The position numbers and the translations under genes are program-made. The notes under the pieces were generated by a model. That model saw only the letters and a program-made list of their open reading frames with translations. It was not told the DNA's origin and ran no database searches. A stretch of 64,000 nt of DNA from Deinococcota bacterium (GTDB lineage Bacteria > Deinococcota > Deinococci > Deinococcales > Thermaceae): NCBI GenBank assembly GCA_041695225.1, contig JBGFRI010000005.1:37272-101271 (forward strand). Direction: 5' to 3'. Below are positions 20,817-31,858 of the stretch, in pieces. Positions within the stretch are counted from its first letter, which is position 1; every line of letters begins with the position of its first letter.

Positions 20817-21470
20817 TTAGCCACCCCCTCGAGCGTGCCGGGTCACCCAGCGCTCCAGCGCCTCGGCATACTGCTCAGGGGACAGGCGAGGCCGGTCGTA
20901 CAACCCTGCCGCCAAGCGCTGCCGCTGGGCCTCGAACAAGATCACGGCCGCTGCTACCGAGACATTCAGGCTCTGAACCATGCCCATCATGGGAATCAGG
21001 ATGTGCCCGTCCGATAGCTCGGCTGCCTCTGGCGAAATGCCCCACTTCTCGGTTCCCAGCAAAATGCAGGTAGGCCGGGTATAGTCCACCTGACGGTAGT
21101 CCACCGCCCGCGCGGAAAGGTGCGCCGCCCAGACCCCAAACCCCTGGGCTTTCAAGTGGGCCAGGGCCGAGGTGGTCTCGTGGTGGATGCAGAGCCCCAC
21201 CCACTTGGCCGCCGAGCCCGAAGTCTCGTTAAAAGTTTTGCCACTCAGGCTTGTTTTGCCCGGCCTTGGCTCGGTGCTTTCCAAATCGGGGAGATGGGGT
21301 ATTCCGTGCCTGGACGGGATAGCGTGTACCTGCAGCACACCCACTGCATCGCAGGAGCGCAGGATGGCCGAAAAATTGTGTGGCTTGTGTACCCTCTCCA
21401 TCAGTACCGTCAGGTCGGGCTGGCGCTTGTCCAGCACCGAGCGAATCTTGGCGAGGCGTTCTGGGGTCAC
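20817..21470 (-). CDS. trmH: tRNA (guanosine(18)-2'-O)-methyltransferase
   Basis: [39 protein letters not shown]. Confidence 0.93.
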   Translation of the reverse strand: MTPERLAKIRSVLDKRQPDLTVLMERVHKPHNFSAILRSCDAVGVLQVHAIPSRHGIPHLPDLESTEPRPGKTSLSGKTFNETSGSAAKWVGLCIHHETTSALAHLKAQGFGVWAAHLSARAVDYRQVDYTRPTCILLGTEKWGISPEAAELSDGHILIPMMGMVQSLNVSVAAAVILFEAQRQRLAAGLYDRPRLSPEQYAEALERWVTRHARGGG

Positions 21471-21822
21471 GAAAAACCATTTTACCCAGCCAGGTGAATA
21501 TCTGCCGATGGTACCAAAGACGCCATCGCAAATGCCGCTGCGCCAGTACGAAACGGTTAGCCCAGACTTATACCAAGAGGTTTCCCAACCCCAGCCCCTA
21601 AGTGGTCGCTTTCATAAATGCGATGGCGAGTAGTCCTTGCCTTTCCGGCTCCAGGCCATCATAAATTACCTCACCAAACTTTCGACTCAGACCAATAAGC
21701 GGCTGTAAAAGCATCGGGTGGACCCGTAAACGAACTGGTGGCAGGCGCACGCTACAAGCCCCTGGCAATCAGCAGACTACCCTGGCAGAACCCAGGGTAA
21801 CTGCCTGACCTCCCACCTTCGA

Positions 21823-22464
21823 TCAGGTTGTGGCTGGCTGGTTTTGCGCATTAGCTCGTAAGCGCTCGATCAGGGGGCGCAGGAGAGCGCGTTTGAGCTT
21901 GAGCGACTGGCGGTTGACGATAAAGCGGGCGGTGGAGTGGGCCAGCACCTCGGTCTCAACCAGCCCAGCAGCCCGAAGAGTGGCTCCGGTCTGCACCACG
22001 TCCACCACTGCGTCGGCCAGCCCGGTAATGACTGCTAGCTCGACATTGCCCGCCAGTTCAATGATATCGGCCGTCACCCCGCGTTCGCGCAGCACTTTAG
22101 CGGTAAAGCTGGGGTACTTGGTGGCGACGCGGCGGATGGGGCCGGTGGACTCGGGGTGGCGAATCAGCGAGAGACGGCACGCACCCGTGCCCAGGTCTAC
22201 CGGCTCGTACACGTCGCGACCAGACTCCAAAAGCACATCGTTGCCCACCACGCCCACATCGGCAATGCCCAGGTCTACGTAGATGGGCACGTCGTGGTTG
22301 CGCAGCTCCAAAATGGCAGTTCCGCCCGCCTTGCCGTGCAGCAGGGCCCGTTCGTTTTCAATGGGAGGAAGTTCCAGCCCGGCCCTCGCAAGTGCCTGGT
22401 AGCCATCGGTAAAGTTGCGCCCTTTGGGCAGAGCCACCACCAGGGCGAAGCGTCCTCGAGTCAT
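21823..22464 (-). CDS. hisG: ATP phosphoribosyltransferase, short form
   Basis: [48 protein letters not shown]. Confidence 0.95.
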   Translation of the reverse strand: MTRGRFALVVALPKGRNFTDGYQALARAGLELPPIENERALLHGKAGGTAILELRNHDVPIYVDLGIADVGVVGNDVLLESGRDVYEPVDLGTGACRLSLIRHPESTGPIRRVATKYPSFTAKVLRERGVTADIIELAGNVELAVITGLADAVVDVVQTGATLRAAGLVETEVLAHSTARFIVNRQSLKLKRALLRPLIERLRANAQNQPATT

Positions 22465-22608
22465 CCGAGCTTTCTTATATCACAAACTACCCAGGTATGC
22501 TTGTAAAGCACCGGCCAGAAGGCGACTTCGCTGTATTGCCTTGACGCATAGTGAATAAGACGATATGCTACTACTGTTGCCCCGGAGAGCGGGGGCTTTT
22601 TATTTAAC

Positions 22609-23343
22609 ATGGCCAAAGAACGCTTGGACAAAGTGCTGGGGCATCTGGGTATCGGCACCCGCAAGGAGATATACCGGCTGGCTCGAGCGGGCCTGATTGC
22701 CATTGATGGCCAGGTAGTCACCGACTCGGCTTTCAAGTTTGACCCTGCCCAGTCACGCATCGAGGTAGCGGGTGAGGCCCTGGTGTATCGAGCATTTTAT
22801 TACGTAATGCTCAACAAACCTGCCGGATATATCACTTCTACCAGAGATCGCGATGGCATCCCAATCACGGCTCTGCTGCCCGAGAGATTGCAGCGCGACG
22901 ACTGGATGCCGGTAGGCCGCCTGGACAAAGATACCGAGGGGCTTCTGCTTCTGACCACCGATGGCGAACTGCTCCACCGCCTGACCCATCCCCGCTGGAA
23001 GGTGGGCAAGCGCTACTACGCTGAACTGGCCTCACCAGTCACGCCCGAAGACGTAAAGGCCTTTGCCTCAGGGGCAATTGAGCTCGAGGGCCAGAAGCTA
23101 AAGCCTGCCGAACTGTATATTGGCCCCGACCCCCAAAAGGTCGAGCTGATAATTCGCGAGGGCAGGTTTCATCAGGTCAAGCGAATGTTTGCCGCCAGGG
23201 GCAACCAGGTTCTATTTCTCCGGCGGGTGGCTTTCGGGCCGGTGCTGCTACCGCCAGACCTAAAGCCCGGCGCCTGCCGCGAGCTAGATGCCGGGGAAGT
23301 AGCTGCACTGTATAAGGCGGTGGGCTTGCCGTTAGAGCAATAA
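22609..23343 (+). CDS. RsuA-family pseudouridine synthase
   Basis: S4 domain, LNKPAGY, VGRLDKDTEGLLLLT, EGRFHQVKRM. Confidence 0.93.
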   Translation: MAKERLDKVLGHLGIGTRKEIYRLARAGLIAIDGQVVTDSAFKFDPAQSRIEVAGEALVYRAFYYVMLNKPAGYITSTRDRDGIPITALLPERLQRDDWMPVGRLDKDTEGLLLLTTDGELLHRLTHPRWKVGKRYYAELASPVTPEDVKAFASGAIELEGQKLKPAELYIGPDPQKVELIIREGRFHQVKRMFAARGNQVLFLRRVAFGPVLLPPDLKPGACRELDAGEVAALYKAVGLPLEQ

Positions 23344-23373
23344 AGAAACCAGCCTGGTGCAGCCACTAACATA

Positions 23374-23403
23374 AACACCCCGCAAGCAACCTTGCGGGGT
23401 GTT
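23374..23403. terminator. Bidirectional terminator hairpin between convergent genes
   Basis: AACACCCCGCAAG-caac-CTTGCGGGGTGTT, perfect 13-bp stem. Confidence 0.7.
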
Positions 23404-23416
23404 AGTGCGTGGCCGG

Positions 23417-24720
23417 TTATCTCGAGACCACACCGGCTGGGAGCATCTGCCCAAACAGGGTCGCATACATCAGCCGGTACATATCGGTGTTGTCAACCAG
23501 GGGGGGTAGAAGCCGTGCATTGAGGCCATGGGCCCGGGCCAGAATACCACCCGAGCCATCGGAGAACGAAGCCCAGGCAATGGCAAAGGGTAAGCGGCGG
23601 CCCGCAGCGTCAGGCGCAGAGACAAAGGGTCTGCCGCCCGTACCTTCGACACCATCCAGCGGAGCGCCGTTACGACCAGTAGCTGGTACCGACGGTCTGG
23701 CTCTACTTCGAGCACGGTCATACCTCCGGCCTCGCTATCGGCGGCGGTAAGAAGCAGGGTATTGGGGTTGCGGCGGATGAAGTCTTTGGCCACCCCAATA
23801 GCATCGTCGGCGCGCTTGAGGGCCTCCAGACAGCCATTGGCATTGTTGGCATTGCACAGGTTGTCGGTACCCTCTTCTTCGGCCACAATAAAGAACTGGC
23901 GGCGGGGCTGGGCGGCAAAAATCTCCAGGGTCTTTTGCAGCATCTCGGCAATGGTGGGTGCACCTTCAACGTAGTTCCGCAGTCCGCGTTCGCGTAAGAC
24001 TTCCTCGCTCAAGGTAAAGTAGGTGTCTTCGGCGGCAAAGATACCCAGCACCCGGCGGGTAGTGTTGGGCAGGGCCAGCAGCTCGGCGCGGTTATAGACG
24101 ATGGTAAAACCCAGGGCTTTAGCCCGCTCAATCAGGTTTAGACCATCCTCACGCCGCCCTTCCGCACCGTGACGGCCGCGCACTCCACGGGGCAGATACC
24201 AGACCTCGCCCGCGCCCAGGATGATCTCCACACCAGACTCCACCACCTGACGGGCAATTTCAGCATGGTAACCACGTCTGGCAACACGGGCCACAAAAGC
24301 GCCGGTGCCTGGCTCAGTGATGCTGCCGGTGTTAATCAGCGCGGTAGCCAGACCAGCCCGGACCGCTGCCTGCATGATGGTCTCGGCCCGGCCGTTACGT
24401 GATAAAACCGGGGTAGTGCCGTCTTCCAGCATACCAAAGGAGTCCTGGTGAACCTTGACACCCGTAGCATGTACCACCGCCCCGCCGTGTGAGGTTCCAA
24501 CCAGCGAGTCCTTCATATGGCCACGGTATTTGGCCATGTGCGACATGCGGTCCCAGTTCAGCAGGCCATCCGGCCCAGCGTGAAGGATCCGCGCCGCGCC
24601 CCAGCTATTCAGGCCGGCGCCATCGGGGTGAAAAAAGATTACGTTGCCGCTTGGTGTGGCGGTCTGGGCCAGACCTGCGCCCAGTAGTGCTATGACTGCT
24701 GTTGCCAGAATTCGTCTCAT
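23417..24720 (-). pseudogene. Alkaline phosphatase with a frameshift near 23690-23715
   Basis: Signal peptide, IFFHPDG, EEEGTD, TAADSEAGG; native-looking C-terminus (GAPLDG...LPFAIAW...DNTDMYRLMYATLFG) lies in another frame ending at TAA 23417-23419. Confidence 0.8.
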
Positions 24721-24777
24721 TTAAGCTACCTCCCGTTCCCGCCCATTGGGCGGGTCAGGGGCAGCATAGGAGGGTTA

Positions 24778-24794
24778 TGTCATGCTATTGTCAC
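24778..24794. promoter_or_regulatory. Pho-box-like direct repeat upstream of the alkaline phosphatase gene
   Basis: TGTCAT-gctat-TGTCAC, 11-bp period, about 60 nt upstream of the ATG. Confidence 0.5.
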
Positions 24795-25151
24795 AAACCT
24801 TGCAGATTCGGGTCTGGGTGAGCAGTAATCCACCGCTCAGAAACAGCTCTGTCGTAACATTTCTAGAAACAGGCCCATCACACTTCAGAGACGTTACAAG
24901 CCACACCAGCGCGTGCCTGGCGGAGCTTTCGACTCACTCACTTTAGGCCCACCAGGTTATTGCGATTGTAGGCGGACTTCACCATGCCAGGCTTCATAAA
25001 CGCTCGGCTGTGAGGCTATTTTTGTCATGTGCCCTTGACTGCAATCGGGAGGAATTATCTTGTGTTTATCAAGTTTTTGCCGCAAAATAGGGGCGTTACA
25101 TAACTGTTCTGGGACAAAGGCGATTTAGACTAGGTGAACCAGGAGGGCGCA

Positions 25152-25586
25152 ATGTACAAAAAAATTCTGATGCCCACCGATGGCAGTGCTTGTAGCCAGA
25201 AAGCCATATCCACAGGTCTGGACCTCGCAAGGACCACGGGCGCAGGTGTGACGTTCTTGTATGCCGTTGAGGGTATCAGCTCGACCCTGTGGGTCAGCCC
25301 TGAAAGTGTGCCCTATGGCCTCGAGCTGGTCGAAGACCTTAAGCGGGTGGGCAAAGAAGTCCTCGGCAAAGCCAGCGAGCTGGCTACGGCGGCAGGTGTC
25401 AGCTCCGAGACCCGGCTGGTAGAGGCCAGGCCGGTAGAGGCAATCCTGGCCGAAGCCAAAAACCACGACCTGATCGTGATGGGCACCCACGGGCGCAGCG
25501 GGCTCGATCGCTTCATGCTGGGCTCGGTGACCGAGGCGGTCTTGCACCGCTCCGACAAGCCGGTGCTGGTATTACGGTGCAAGTGA
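25152..25586 (+). CDS. Universal stress protein (UspA family)
   Basis: YKKILMPTDGS, DLIVMGTHGRSGLDRFMLGSVTEAVL. Confidence 0.94.
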   Translation: MYKKILMPTDGSACSQKAISTGLDLARTTGAGVTFLYAVEGISSTLWVSPESVPYGLELVEDLKRVGKEVLGKASELATAAGVSSETRLVEARPVEAILAEAKNHDLIVMGTHGRSGLDRFMLGSVTEAVLHRSDKPVLVLRCK

Positions 25587-25668
25587 AGCAACCCTCTCCC
25601 CGAAGGAGAGAGGATCTCATGGCTGGTACAAAAACATACGCTCAGGGAATTTCTGGCACAATCGAGGG

Positions 25669-27204
25669 GTGAGGCTATCTCGCCGTGCGCTGCTGGGTAC
25701 GCTGGCGGCCCTTCCCCTGGCAGGGCAAAACGCAAGTACCGCTATCTTCCCCCAGGGGGTGGCCTCGGGCGACCCCAGCGAGTCCGGGATGGTGTTGTGG
25801 ACACGCATCGCCCCAGAGCACTACCGCGCCCCGGAGCCTTTGTGGCTGGAGTTGTCCGAATCACCCGACTTTGCCCCGGTGCTACACCAGACCCCGGTGA
25901 GCGCCGCATTTGGCCCCGAGACCGATTTCACCGTTCAGGTAGATTTTTCTGGCCTGCTGCAACCAGCACAGCACTACTACTACCGTTTCCGCTACCGCCA
26001 GGTCTATAGCCCCGCCGGGCGCAGCAAAACCCTCCCGGCCCCCGGCATGAAGCAGCCCATCCGGCTGGGACTGGTCTCGTGCCAGGAGTATACCAGCGGC
26101 TACTACGGGGCCTACGCCCACCTGGCCCTGGAAAACCTGGATGCAGTGCTACACCTGGGCGACTTTATCTACGAGTATTCCGCCGACCCCCGCTTCAGGC
26201 GCGAGCGCTTTCCGGGCCGCACCTTCCGCCTGCCCTCGGGCAGTTATCTGGCGGTGAACCTGGCCGACTTTCGGCAGCTTTACCGGGCCTACCGCGACCC
26301 CCACATGCAGGCCGCAATGGCCGCGCACCCCTTCATCGTGATGTGGGACGACCACGAGTTTGCCAACGACACCTACTGGGACCCCAGCCGCAACGCGCCC
26401 GGGGCGCCCGACCACCCCTTCCGGCATGCACCCGACCGCCTGAGGAGGCTGCGGCTGGAAGCCAATCAGGCCTGGCGTGAGTATGTGCCCAGCCACGCCT
26501 ACTTCGACCCCAGCGCCCAAGACCCCCGCGAACAGCTTTTCACCTACCGCAGCCTGCGCTTTGGCGATATGCTGGAGCTCTCTCTAACCGATACCCGTAG
26601 TTTTCGCTCGCCCCACCCCTGTGGCCCTGAACAGCGCACCTTCACCAGTTGTCCGGCCTCGAGCGACCCTGGGCGCACCATGCTGGGGCCGATACAGCTC
26701 GAGTGGCTCTTGGTGGGTTTACAGACCAGCACAGCCCGCTGGCGGGGCCTGGGCAGCGCGGTGATGTTTTCGCCCCTTACCGCGCTGGGAACCACCGTCA
26801 ACCTCGATAGCTGGGACGGCTTTGCCCACGAGCGCGACCAGATTATTGCCGCCCTCGCCGACCAGCAAAACCTGATTGTACTCTCGGGCGACCTGCACAG
26901 CGCCCTGGCCGGCCGCATCTCTCCGGGCTTTGCGGGGCAGGCGATAATCGGGATGGAGTTTATGGCCCCCAGCCTCACCAGTCCCAACCCCCGGGACACT
27001 TTTGGCACCCGCCTGCCCTGGCTGGGCAACCGGGTGGTGGAGCTGTTGAACCCGTGGCTCGAGTTCTTCGATGGCGAGGCGAACGGCTATGCGATTTTAG
27101 AATTGTCGGAAGAGCAGGCCAGTTATGAAGTGTATGCGGTAGACAAGAGCGTAAATGGAATTGCAGCAGAGAAGCGACTGGTGCGACAGGTTGTTACACA
27201 GTAA
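25669..27204 (+). CDS. phoD: PhoD-family alkaline phosphatase, Tat-exported
   Basis: SRRALLG twin-arginine leader; FPQGVASGDP, HLGDFIYE, WDDHEFAND, DSWDGF, SGDLH. Confidence 0.92.
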   Translation: MRLSRRALLGTLAALPLAGQNASTAIFPQGVASGDPSESGMVLWTRIAPEHYRAPEPLWLELSESPDFAPVLHQTPVSAAFGPETDFTVQVDFSGLLQPAQHYYYRFRYRQVYSPAGRSKTLPAPGMKQPIRLGLVSCQEYTSGYYGAYAHLALENLDAVLHLGDFIYEYSADPRFRRERFPGRTFRLPSGSYLAVNLADFRQLYRAYRDPHMQAAMAAHPFIVMWDDHEFANDTYWDPSRNAPGAPDHPFRHAPDRLRRLRLEANQAWREYVPSHAYFDPSAQDPREQLFTYRSLRFGDMLELSLTDTRSFRSPHPCGPEQRTFTSCPASSDPGRTMLGPIQLEWLLVGLQTSTARWRGLGSAVMFSPLTALGTTVNLDSWDGFAHERDQIIAALADQQNLIVLSGDLHSALAGRISPGFAGQAIIGMEFMAPSLTSPNPRDTFGTRLPWLGNRVVELLNPWLEFFDGEANGYAILELSEEQASYEVYAVDKSVNGIAAEKRLVRQVVTQ

Positions 27205-27284
27205 AAGTCAGCAAGGCACTTGCCGTTTCCGGCGGGTAAACTGAGCCTCAAAAAGCGCTCCCGGCGTATGCGCAGATCCTGCCC

Positions 27285-27824
27285 TTAGCGACTCTGGCTT
27301 TGCTTGAAGCGCTCAATGCAGGCTCTGACCTCGGCCAACGCGCTGGCCCGGTCTTTCCAGCCGGAAACCTTCACCCACTTGCCCTTGTGGGCCTCGAGGG
27401 CCTTGTAGGTCTCGAAGAAATTCTGGATCTCCTGTTTGTGGGCAAGTGGCAGATCGGCCAGGTCCCGAATGTGATCCCAGCGGGGGTCTTCGGCTACCAC
27501 GCCGATAATTTTGGCATCGCCGCCTTTTTCATCTATCATGTCCACCATACCCAGAATTCGCACATCTACCAGCACCCCCGGCAGAACCGGGTAGGTCGAG
27601 AGGACTATGCCATCCAGCGGGTCGCCATCGTCGGCCAGGGTAGAGGGAATGAAGCCATAGTCTCCAGGGTAAAACTGCGCGGTGGGTAGCACCCGGTCTA
27701 GTTTTACTACCTCCAGGTCGGGGTCGTATTCGTATTTGTTGGCAGAGCCGCGGGGAACTTCAATGACCATCGAGACCACATCGGGAGCCTTTTTGCCAAC
27801 CGGAAGGTTTTTAAGGTTTGCCAT
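27285..27824 (-). CDS. ppa: Inorganic pyrophosphatase (family I)
   Basis: IEVPRGSANKYEYD, YGFIPSTLADDGDPLD, FFETYKALE. Confidence 0.95.
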   Translation of the reverse strand: MANLKNLPVGKKAPDVVSMVIEVPRGSANKYEYDPDLEVVKLDRVLPTAQFYPGDYGFIPSTLADDGDPLDGIVLSTYPVLPGVLVDVRILGMVDMIDEKGGDAKIIGVVAEDPRWDHIRDLADLPLAHKQEIQNFFETYKALEAHKGKWVKVSGWKDRASALAEVRACIERFKQSQSR

Positions 27825-27894
27825 AGCGCACCCATTTTGACATCTGGACCACAAAAGCGATAGTTGCAGGGCAAAAGCAGCTCGAATTAGGAGT

Positions 27895-27948
27895 GTCTCA
27901 AGTCTCAAGTCTCAGGTCTTTCTAGCTTCCGACCTGCGACCTGCGACA
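27895..27948. repeat. Short heptamer tandem repeats
   Basis: GTCTCAA-GTCTCAA-GTCTCAG then GACCTGC-GACCTGC-GAC. Confidence 0.55.
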
Positions 27949-28159
27949 TCTTTATATTCATCTGGCTGCGCTAATCAACTTCAGCCTGGTCGTGATAGGC
28001 TTGACAGGCCTGAGTTCTGGCCCAGCCGCATATGCTAAGGGTAACACGAATCTTGCACACCGTATTATGTGCTATTCAATTGCAGATTGCAGGTCTAAGG
28101 TTGCCGATCGGGCAGAGGCAGAAAACCACATCACCAGGTGACCCGGCGGAAAGGAGCAG

Positions 28160-29023
28160 GTGTTTAGGGTAGAACGGGTAAAACACCGATACCAGCGCTC
28201 GCTGCGCCTGGTAATGGTCATTCTTGGCCTTCAGCTTTCGGCTTTTGGCCTGGGCCAGTCGCTCAGCTTTGGCCTGTATGGTCGTTTGTCGCCGGATCAT
28301 CTCACACCCACGCTCGAGGCCACCCTCCCGCTGGGCACTTTTGACCTGCATACCCGGTTTCAGCAGGGCGCAATGGGGGTTGGTCTGGGTAGCACCATGG
28401 GGTTTGCTGCCCTGGGGCAGGTAAGCTATGGTGTGCTTGCCAGTCTGGGCTTTGCGGGCTGGGGCCTGCAGGGCAGCGCCAGTGGAACCTTTGGGCCGTT
28501 AGCAGCCAGTATCGAGGCCCTTTATAGCAACACCCTGCGCTCCAATTTGTGGGTGGGCGACCAGGCCGAGGGCGGATTAAGGCTGGGGCTGGCAGGGCGC
28601 TACCGCCTGGCCCCCCGGCAGACCCTGGGCCTGCAACTTGGTTTCAGTCGAGACCTGCTGGGTACGCCTCGAGGTTCCGGCGAGCTAACCTATGCGCTGC
28701 GACAGTCCCAGACCTACACCTTTGGGCTGGGGGTAGACGATTCACGCCTCTACGGCCTGCTAGGCTGGCGGGGCGAAATAGATGCTGCCGGAACCATGCT
28801 CACTACAACCCTGCGGGCCGGGCAGCTCAACCGGTTGGAAGCCGCCCTTACTGCTCCTTTGGACCCGGAGCAATTCAACAATCTTAAGCTGCACCTAACC
28901 CTGGCCTATCCATGGGCTGCTAGCCTGGGGGTGGAGGCCCACGGCTTTCGCGCGGATGCAGCCTACGATGGCGGGTTTTCCCTGTGGCTACGCTACCGGC
29001 TAACACCTGGAGGCAATGAATGA
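28160..29023 (+). CDS. Hypothetical secreted/outer-membrane beta-rich protein
   Basis: Signal-like N-terminus; alternating Gly/hydrophobic strands; ATGA overlap with next gene. Confidence 0.65.
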   Translation: MFRVERVKHRYQRSLRLVMVILGLQLSAFGLGQSLSFGLYGRLSPDHLTPTLEATLPLGTFDLHTRFQQGAMGVGLGSTMGFAALGQVSYGVLASLGFAGWGLQGSASGTFGPLAASIEALYSNTLRSNLWVGDQAEGGLRLGLAGRYRLAPRQTLGLQLGFSRDLLGTPRGSGELTYALRQSQTYTFGLGVDDSRLYGLLGWRGEIDAAGTMLTTTLRAGQLNRLEAALTAPLDPEQFNNLKLHLTLAYPWAASLGVEAHGFRADAAYDGGFSLWLRYRLTPGGNE

Positions 29024-29676
29024 ATAAACTACTGGCAATAGCTGCTGTACTTTTCCTTGGCCTGGGGGTGGCCCAGACTATTCCCGAGATCACCCGTCAG
29101 GTGCAGGCCAACCTGGACCGCTCGCCCTGGGAGGCTACCATCAGCGGCAGGATACAGCTACCCGACGGCAGCAGCCAGGAGGCCGAGTTCAGACTGCAGG
29201 TGATTCCGGGCAGGGAGCAGTTGGCTCGAGTAGAGTTCAAAAGACCCGCTGCCCTCGAGGGTAACTTTATGGTGGTCTCGGATCGAGAAGTCTGGAACTA
29301 CTTGTTCTTGACCAATCAGTTGATCATTCAGCCCAGGGCCAGGGCCCGCGTGGAGGGATTGGGGATCAACCTGGCCGACTTGGGCGATTTTCACCAGCTC
29401 TCCGAGCGAGTCGCGCTACGGCTGGCCGGCGAACAAAACAGCCCTGCCGGAGCAGTCTGGCGCATTACCGGCACACCACGGGATGCCACCTTGGGCTTTG
29501 CCAGCATGGAACTTCTGGTGCTCAAGTCCGACCCCCGGCCCCTCTCCATCACCCTGCGCGACAGCAGCAATAATGTGGTCAGCGAGCTACGCATGGGCGA
29601 CTTCCGCCGGGCCAACCTCACCCCTCAGATGCTGCGCAGGCGGCCCGCCGACGCCGAGATACTGCGGCGTAACTGA
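29020..29676 (+). CDS. LolA-like outer-membrane lipoprotein-carrier fold protein
   Basis: Signal peptide GLGVAQ; RVEFKRPAALEGNFMVVSDREVWNYLFLTNQ. Confidence 0.65.
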   Translation: MNKLLAIAAVLFLGLGVAQTIPEITRQVQANLDRSPWEATISGRIQLPDGSSQEAEFRLQVIPGREQLARVEFKRPAALEGNFMVVSDREVWNYLFLTNQLIIQPRARARVEGLGINLADLGDFHQLSERVALRLAGEQNSPAGAVWRITGTPRDATLGFASMELLVLKSDPRPLSITLRDSSNNVVSELRMGDFRRANLTPQMLRRRPADAEILRRN

Positions 29677-30118
29677 CTGCAAAGTTAGCGCTCTGGACTT
29701 GCAAGGGCGCCCGGCGCAGCGCTCGGCCTCGAGCTCATTCGTGCGGCAGGCTTTTTGTCAGGGGTAGTGTTCTCGAGCGGCCCGTCCAGGTCTGCCGCGC
29801 TTTCAGCAGGAACTTGTTGCGCCGTGCCCTTTTGCCCGAGTTTGAATTTTTGCGTCCTGAGCGGGGAGGCTAGGTTCCATCCTGTCGGGGTTTCCAGTGC
29901 CGGCGGAGGAGTTTTGGCATTAGATGGGCGCGTGTGGCAGTGTTGGGTGGTAAGGGTGGGCAAGTTTTCCACACGCTGGACGAGATCTCAGGTTCGGCCA
30001 TTCCGACCCTTCAGGCGGGGGGATGCCAGCGCTCCGCAGGCTCGAGCGACTCGACGGACCCAGGTGGCTGCCGCAATCACGCGTATGCAAGCCCAGGGTG
30101 GTTGTTCGCTTTATGTAA

Positions 30119-30775
30119 TCAAAGTAGCTCGGCCAGACTAACCCGCACCACATAGCGTTTTTGCGAAGGGGTAGAAGGATATTTTTTCAACAGTTCAACC
30201 AGGTCGCGCTGAAGAGATTTGGCGTCATCGAAGCTGAGGCCGATCACAGATACCAGGCTCAGTGATGCAGACTCTTCGGAGGAGAGAAATAGATCGATGT
30301 CAATCTTACGGCCTTGGCGATCGGCCAGATAGGAGCTAACCCGGTCACCCTCGAAATAAACCTCGAGCCCTACGCTGGTGAAGCTCCGGGTAGCTCCCCG
30401 CAAGGTTTTCAGTATTCCGGCAATAAAGGAGGCATCAAAGTGATTGAATGTTTGCTGAAGCACGCTTTCAAGCCCGGTATCACTAAGAAGTGCGATGGGG
30501 ACGAAATATCTACTGGCAGTAGCCTGATAAAACTTGATGGGACTACCTTTACGCTGCTCTTCTCGCGCCACCCGAACCAGACCAAGCTGCTTCAGCCGCT
30601 TAATCCTGTAAACAGCCTGGTGGAGCCCAAGCTTTAGCCCCTTGCTGTACTGTTTTGCTGTAAGCTGCCGGTTCACCAAGGGCGCCAGATAAATGAGTTC
30701 CTTTACGTCGCTAAGAAGCCTGCCAGTGCGTGGGTCTTCTACAACCAGTGGGCTGGTGGAATTGGGGCTTTGCAT
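30119..30775 (-). CDS. Winged-HTH transcriptional regulator (ArsR-like N-terminus)
   Basis: AVYRIKRLKQLGLVRVAREEQRKGSPIKFYQATA; divergent from ABC exporter. Confidence 0.7.
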   Translation of the reverse strand: MQSPNSTSPLVVEDPRTGRLLSDVKELIYLAPLVNRQLTAKQYSKGLKLGLHQAVYRIKRLKQLGLVRVAREEQRKGSPIKFYQATASRYFVPIALLSDTGLESVLQQTFNHFDASFIAGILKTLRGATRSFTSVGLEVYFEGDRVSSYLADRQGRKIDIDLFLSSEESASLSLVSVIGLSFDDAKSLQRDLVELLKKYPSTPSQKRYVVRVSLAELL

Positions 30776-30853
30776 TTACACCAGATTAGGCCCAACATCC
30801 AGTCTCATGGGGACCAAAACCACACTTCGGCTGCCCTGGAAAGGAACAAGATC

Positions 30854-31858
30854 ATGATTGGAACACCTGCGAGTGCTGGTCAGACTGGCTGCTGGAACAA
30901 TCCCCCAGTTGAAACCGGGGAGAGCAAAAAGGTTTTGCTGTCCGCCCAGGGTCTGGTAAAAACCTACCGTCATGGCCGGGTTGTACAGGCGGTACAGGGG
31001 GTCTCCCTTCGCCTGGTTGCAGCAGAGGTACTGGCGTTCTTAGGGCCTAATGGGGCGGGCAAAAGCACCTGTATCAAGATGCTGGCCGGTCTAGTTGAGC
31101 CCGATGGTGGGGAAATTGAAGTTCTGGGTCAGAGGCTTGCCCGTAATCCAGGGATCAAGCGGGAAATTGGGGTGGTGCTGGAAGGCAACCGAAACCTGTA
31201 CTGGCGAATGACTCCACTGGAGAACCTTATATATTTCGGAAGACTGCGTGGTATAGGCTACAAAGAAGCCAGAAGGCGCAGTATCGAGCTCCTCGAGCGG
31301 CTGGACCTTTCAGAAAAGAGAAATTCTCTGGTTCAGCAGCTATCGAGGGGAATGCAGCAGAAAGTGGCTATAGCAGCGGCTTTGGTGCATAACCCTCGCA
31401 TTTTACTGCTCGACGAGCCAGCTTTGGGTCTGGATGTGGTGGGCGCCGAAAGTTTGAAGCGAATTCTGCGCGAACTGACTGCCGAGGGTCGGGCGGTTCT
31501 AATCGCTACCCATCAACTAGACATCGCTGAAGCGCTGGCTAACAAAGTAGTTGTTCTTAATAAAGGCTGCCTTGTGGCGGACGCAAAGCTAAACGAGCTA
31601 ATTGCCCGCTTCTCCAGGGAGGTTTTCGAAATTGAGGTAGGCGAGACGCTGTCACCCGAAGTTACCAGCAAGCTCGAGGCAGCCGGGGCGCTGGTCGAGC
31701 AACAAATTATCAGTGCGCCGGGCGAGTTTGCGGATATTTGGCCGGTGCTGGCCCTGGTAAAAGACCTGAGAGTGACAAGGGTAGAAAGGGCTCGAGCCAG
31801 CCTAAGCGGGGTGTATCTGAAGTTGCTGGGAGGCGAAGATGTTTCGGCTCGTCCATAA
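30854..31858 (+). CDS. ABC-2 exporter ATP-binding subunit (start uncertain)
   Basis: GPNGAGKST, LSRGMQQK, LLLDEP, ATH. Confidence 0.9.
   Translation: MIGTPASAGQTGCWNNPPVETGESKKVLLSAQGLVKTYRHGRVVQAVQGVSLRLVAAEVLAFLGPNGAGKSTCIKMLAGLVEPDGGEIEVLGQRLARNPGIKREIGVVLEGNRNLYWRMTPLENLIYFGRLRGIGYKEARRRSIELLERLDLSEKRNSLVQQLSRGMQQKVAIAAALVHNPRILLLDEPALGLDVVGAESLKRILRELTAEGRAVLIATHQLDIAEALANKVVVLNKGCLVADAKLNELIARFSREVFEIEVGETLSPEVTSKLEAAGALVEQQIISAPGEFADIWPVLALVKDLRVTRVERARASLSGVYLKLLGGEDVSARP

Noticed and set aside
21480-21815. Structured ncRNA between hisG and trmH
   Set aside because: Only a short CCCTGG/CCAGGG hairpin; no known RNA motif recognised.
23364-23407. CACTAAC...GTTAGTG hairpin resembling an attC
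   Set aside because: No L boxes or extra bases, too short, and it sits between convergent host-like genes; better explained as a terminator.
29685-30155. RiPP/bacteriocin precursor next to the ABC exporter
   Set aside because: Candidate ORFs overlap one another, lack a clear RBS or leader, and no modifying enzyme is nearby.
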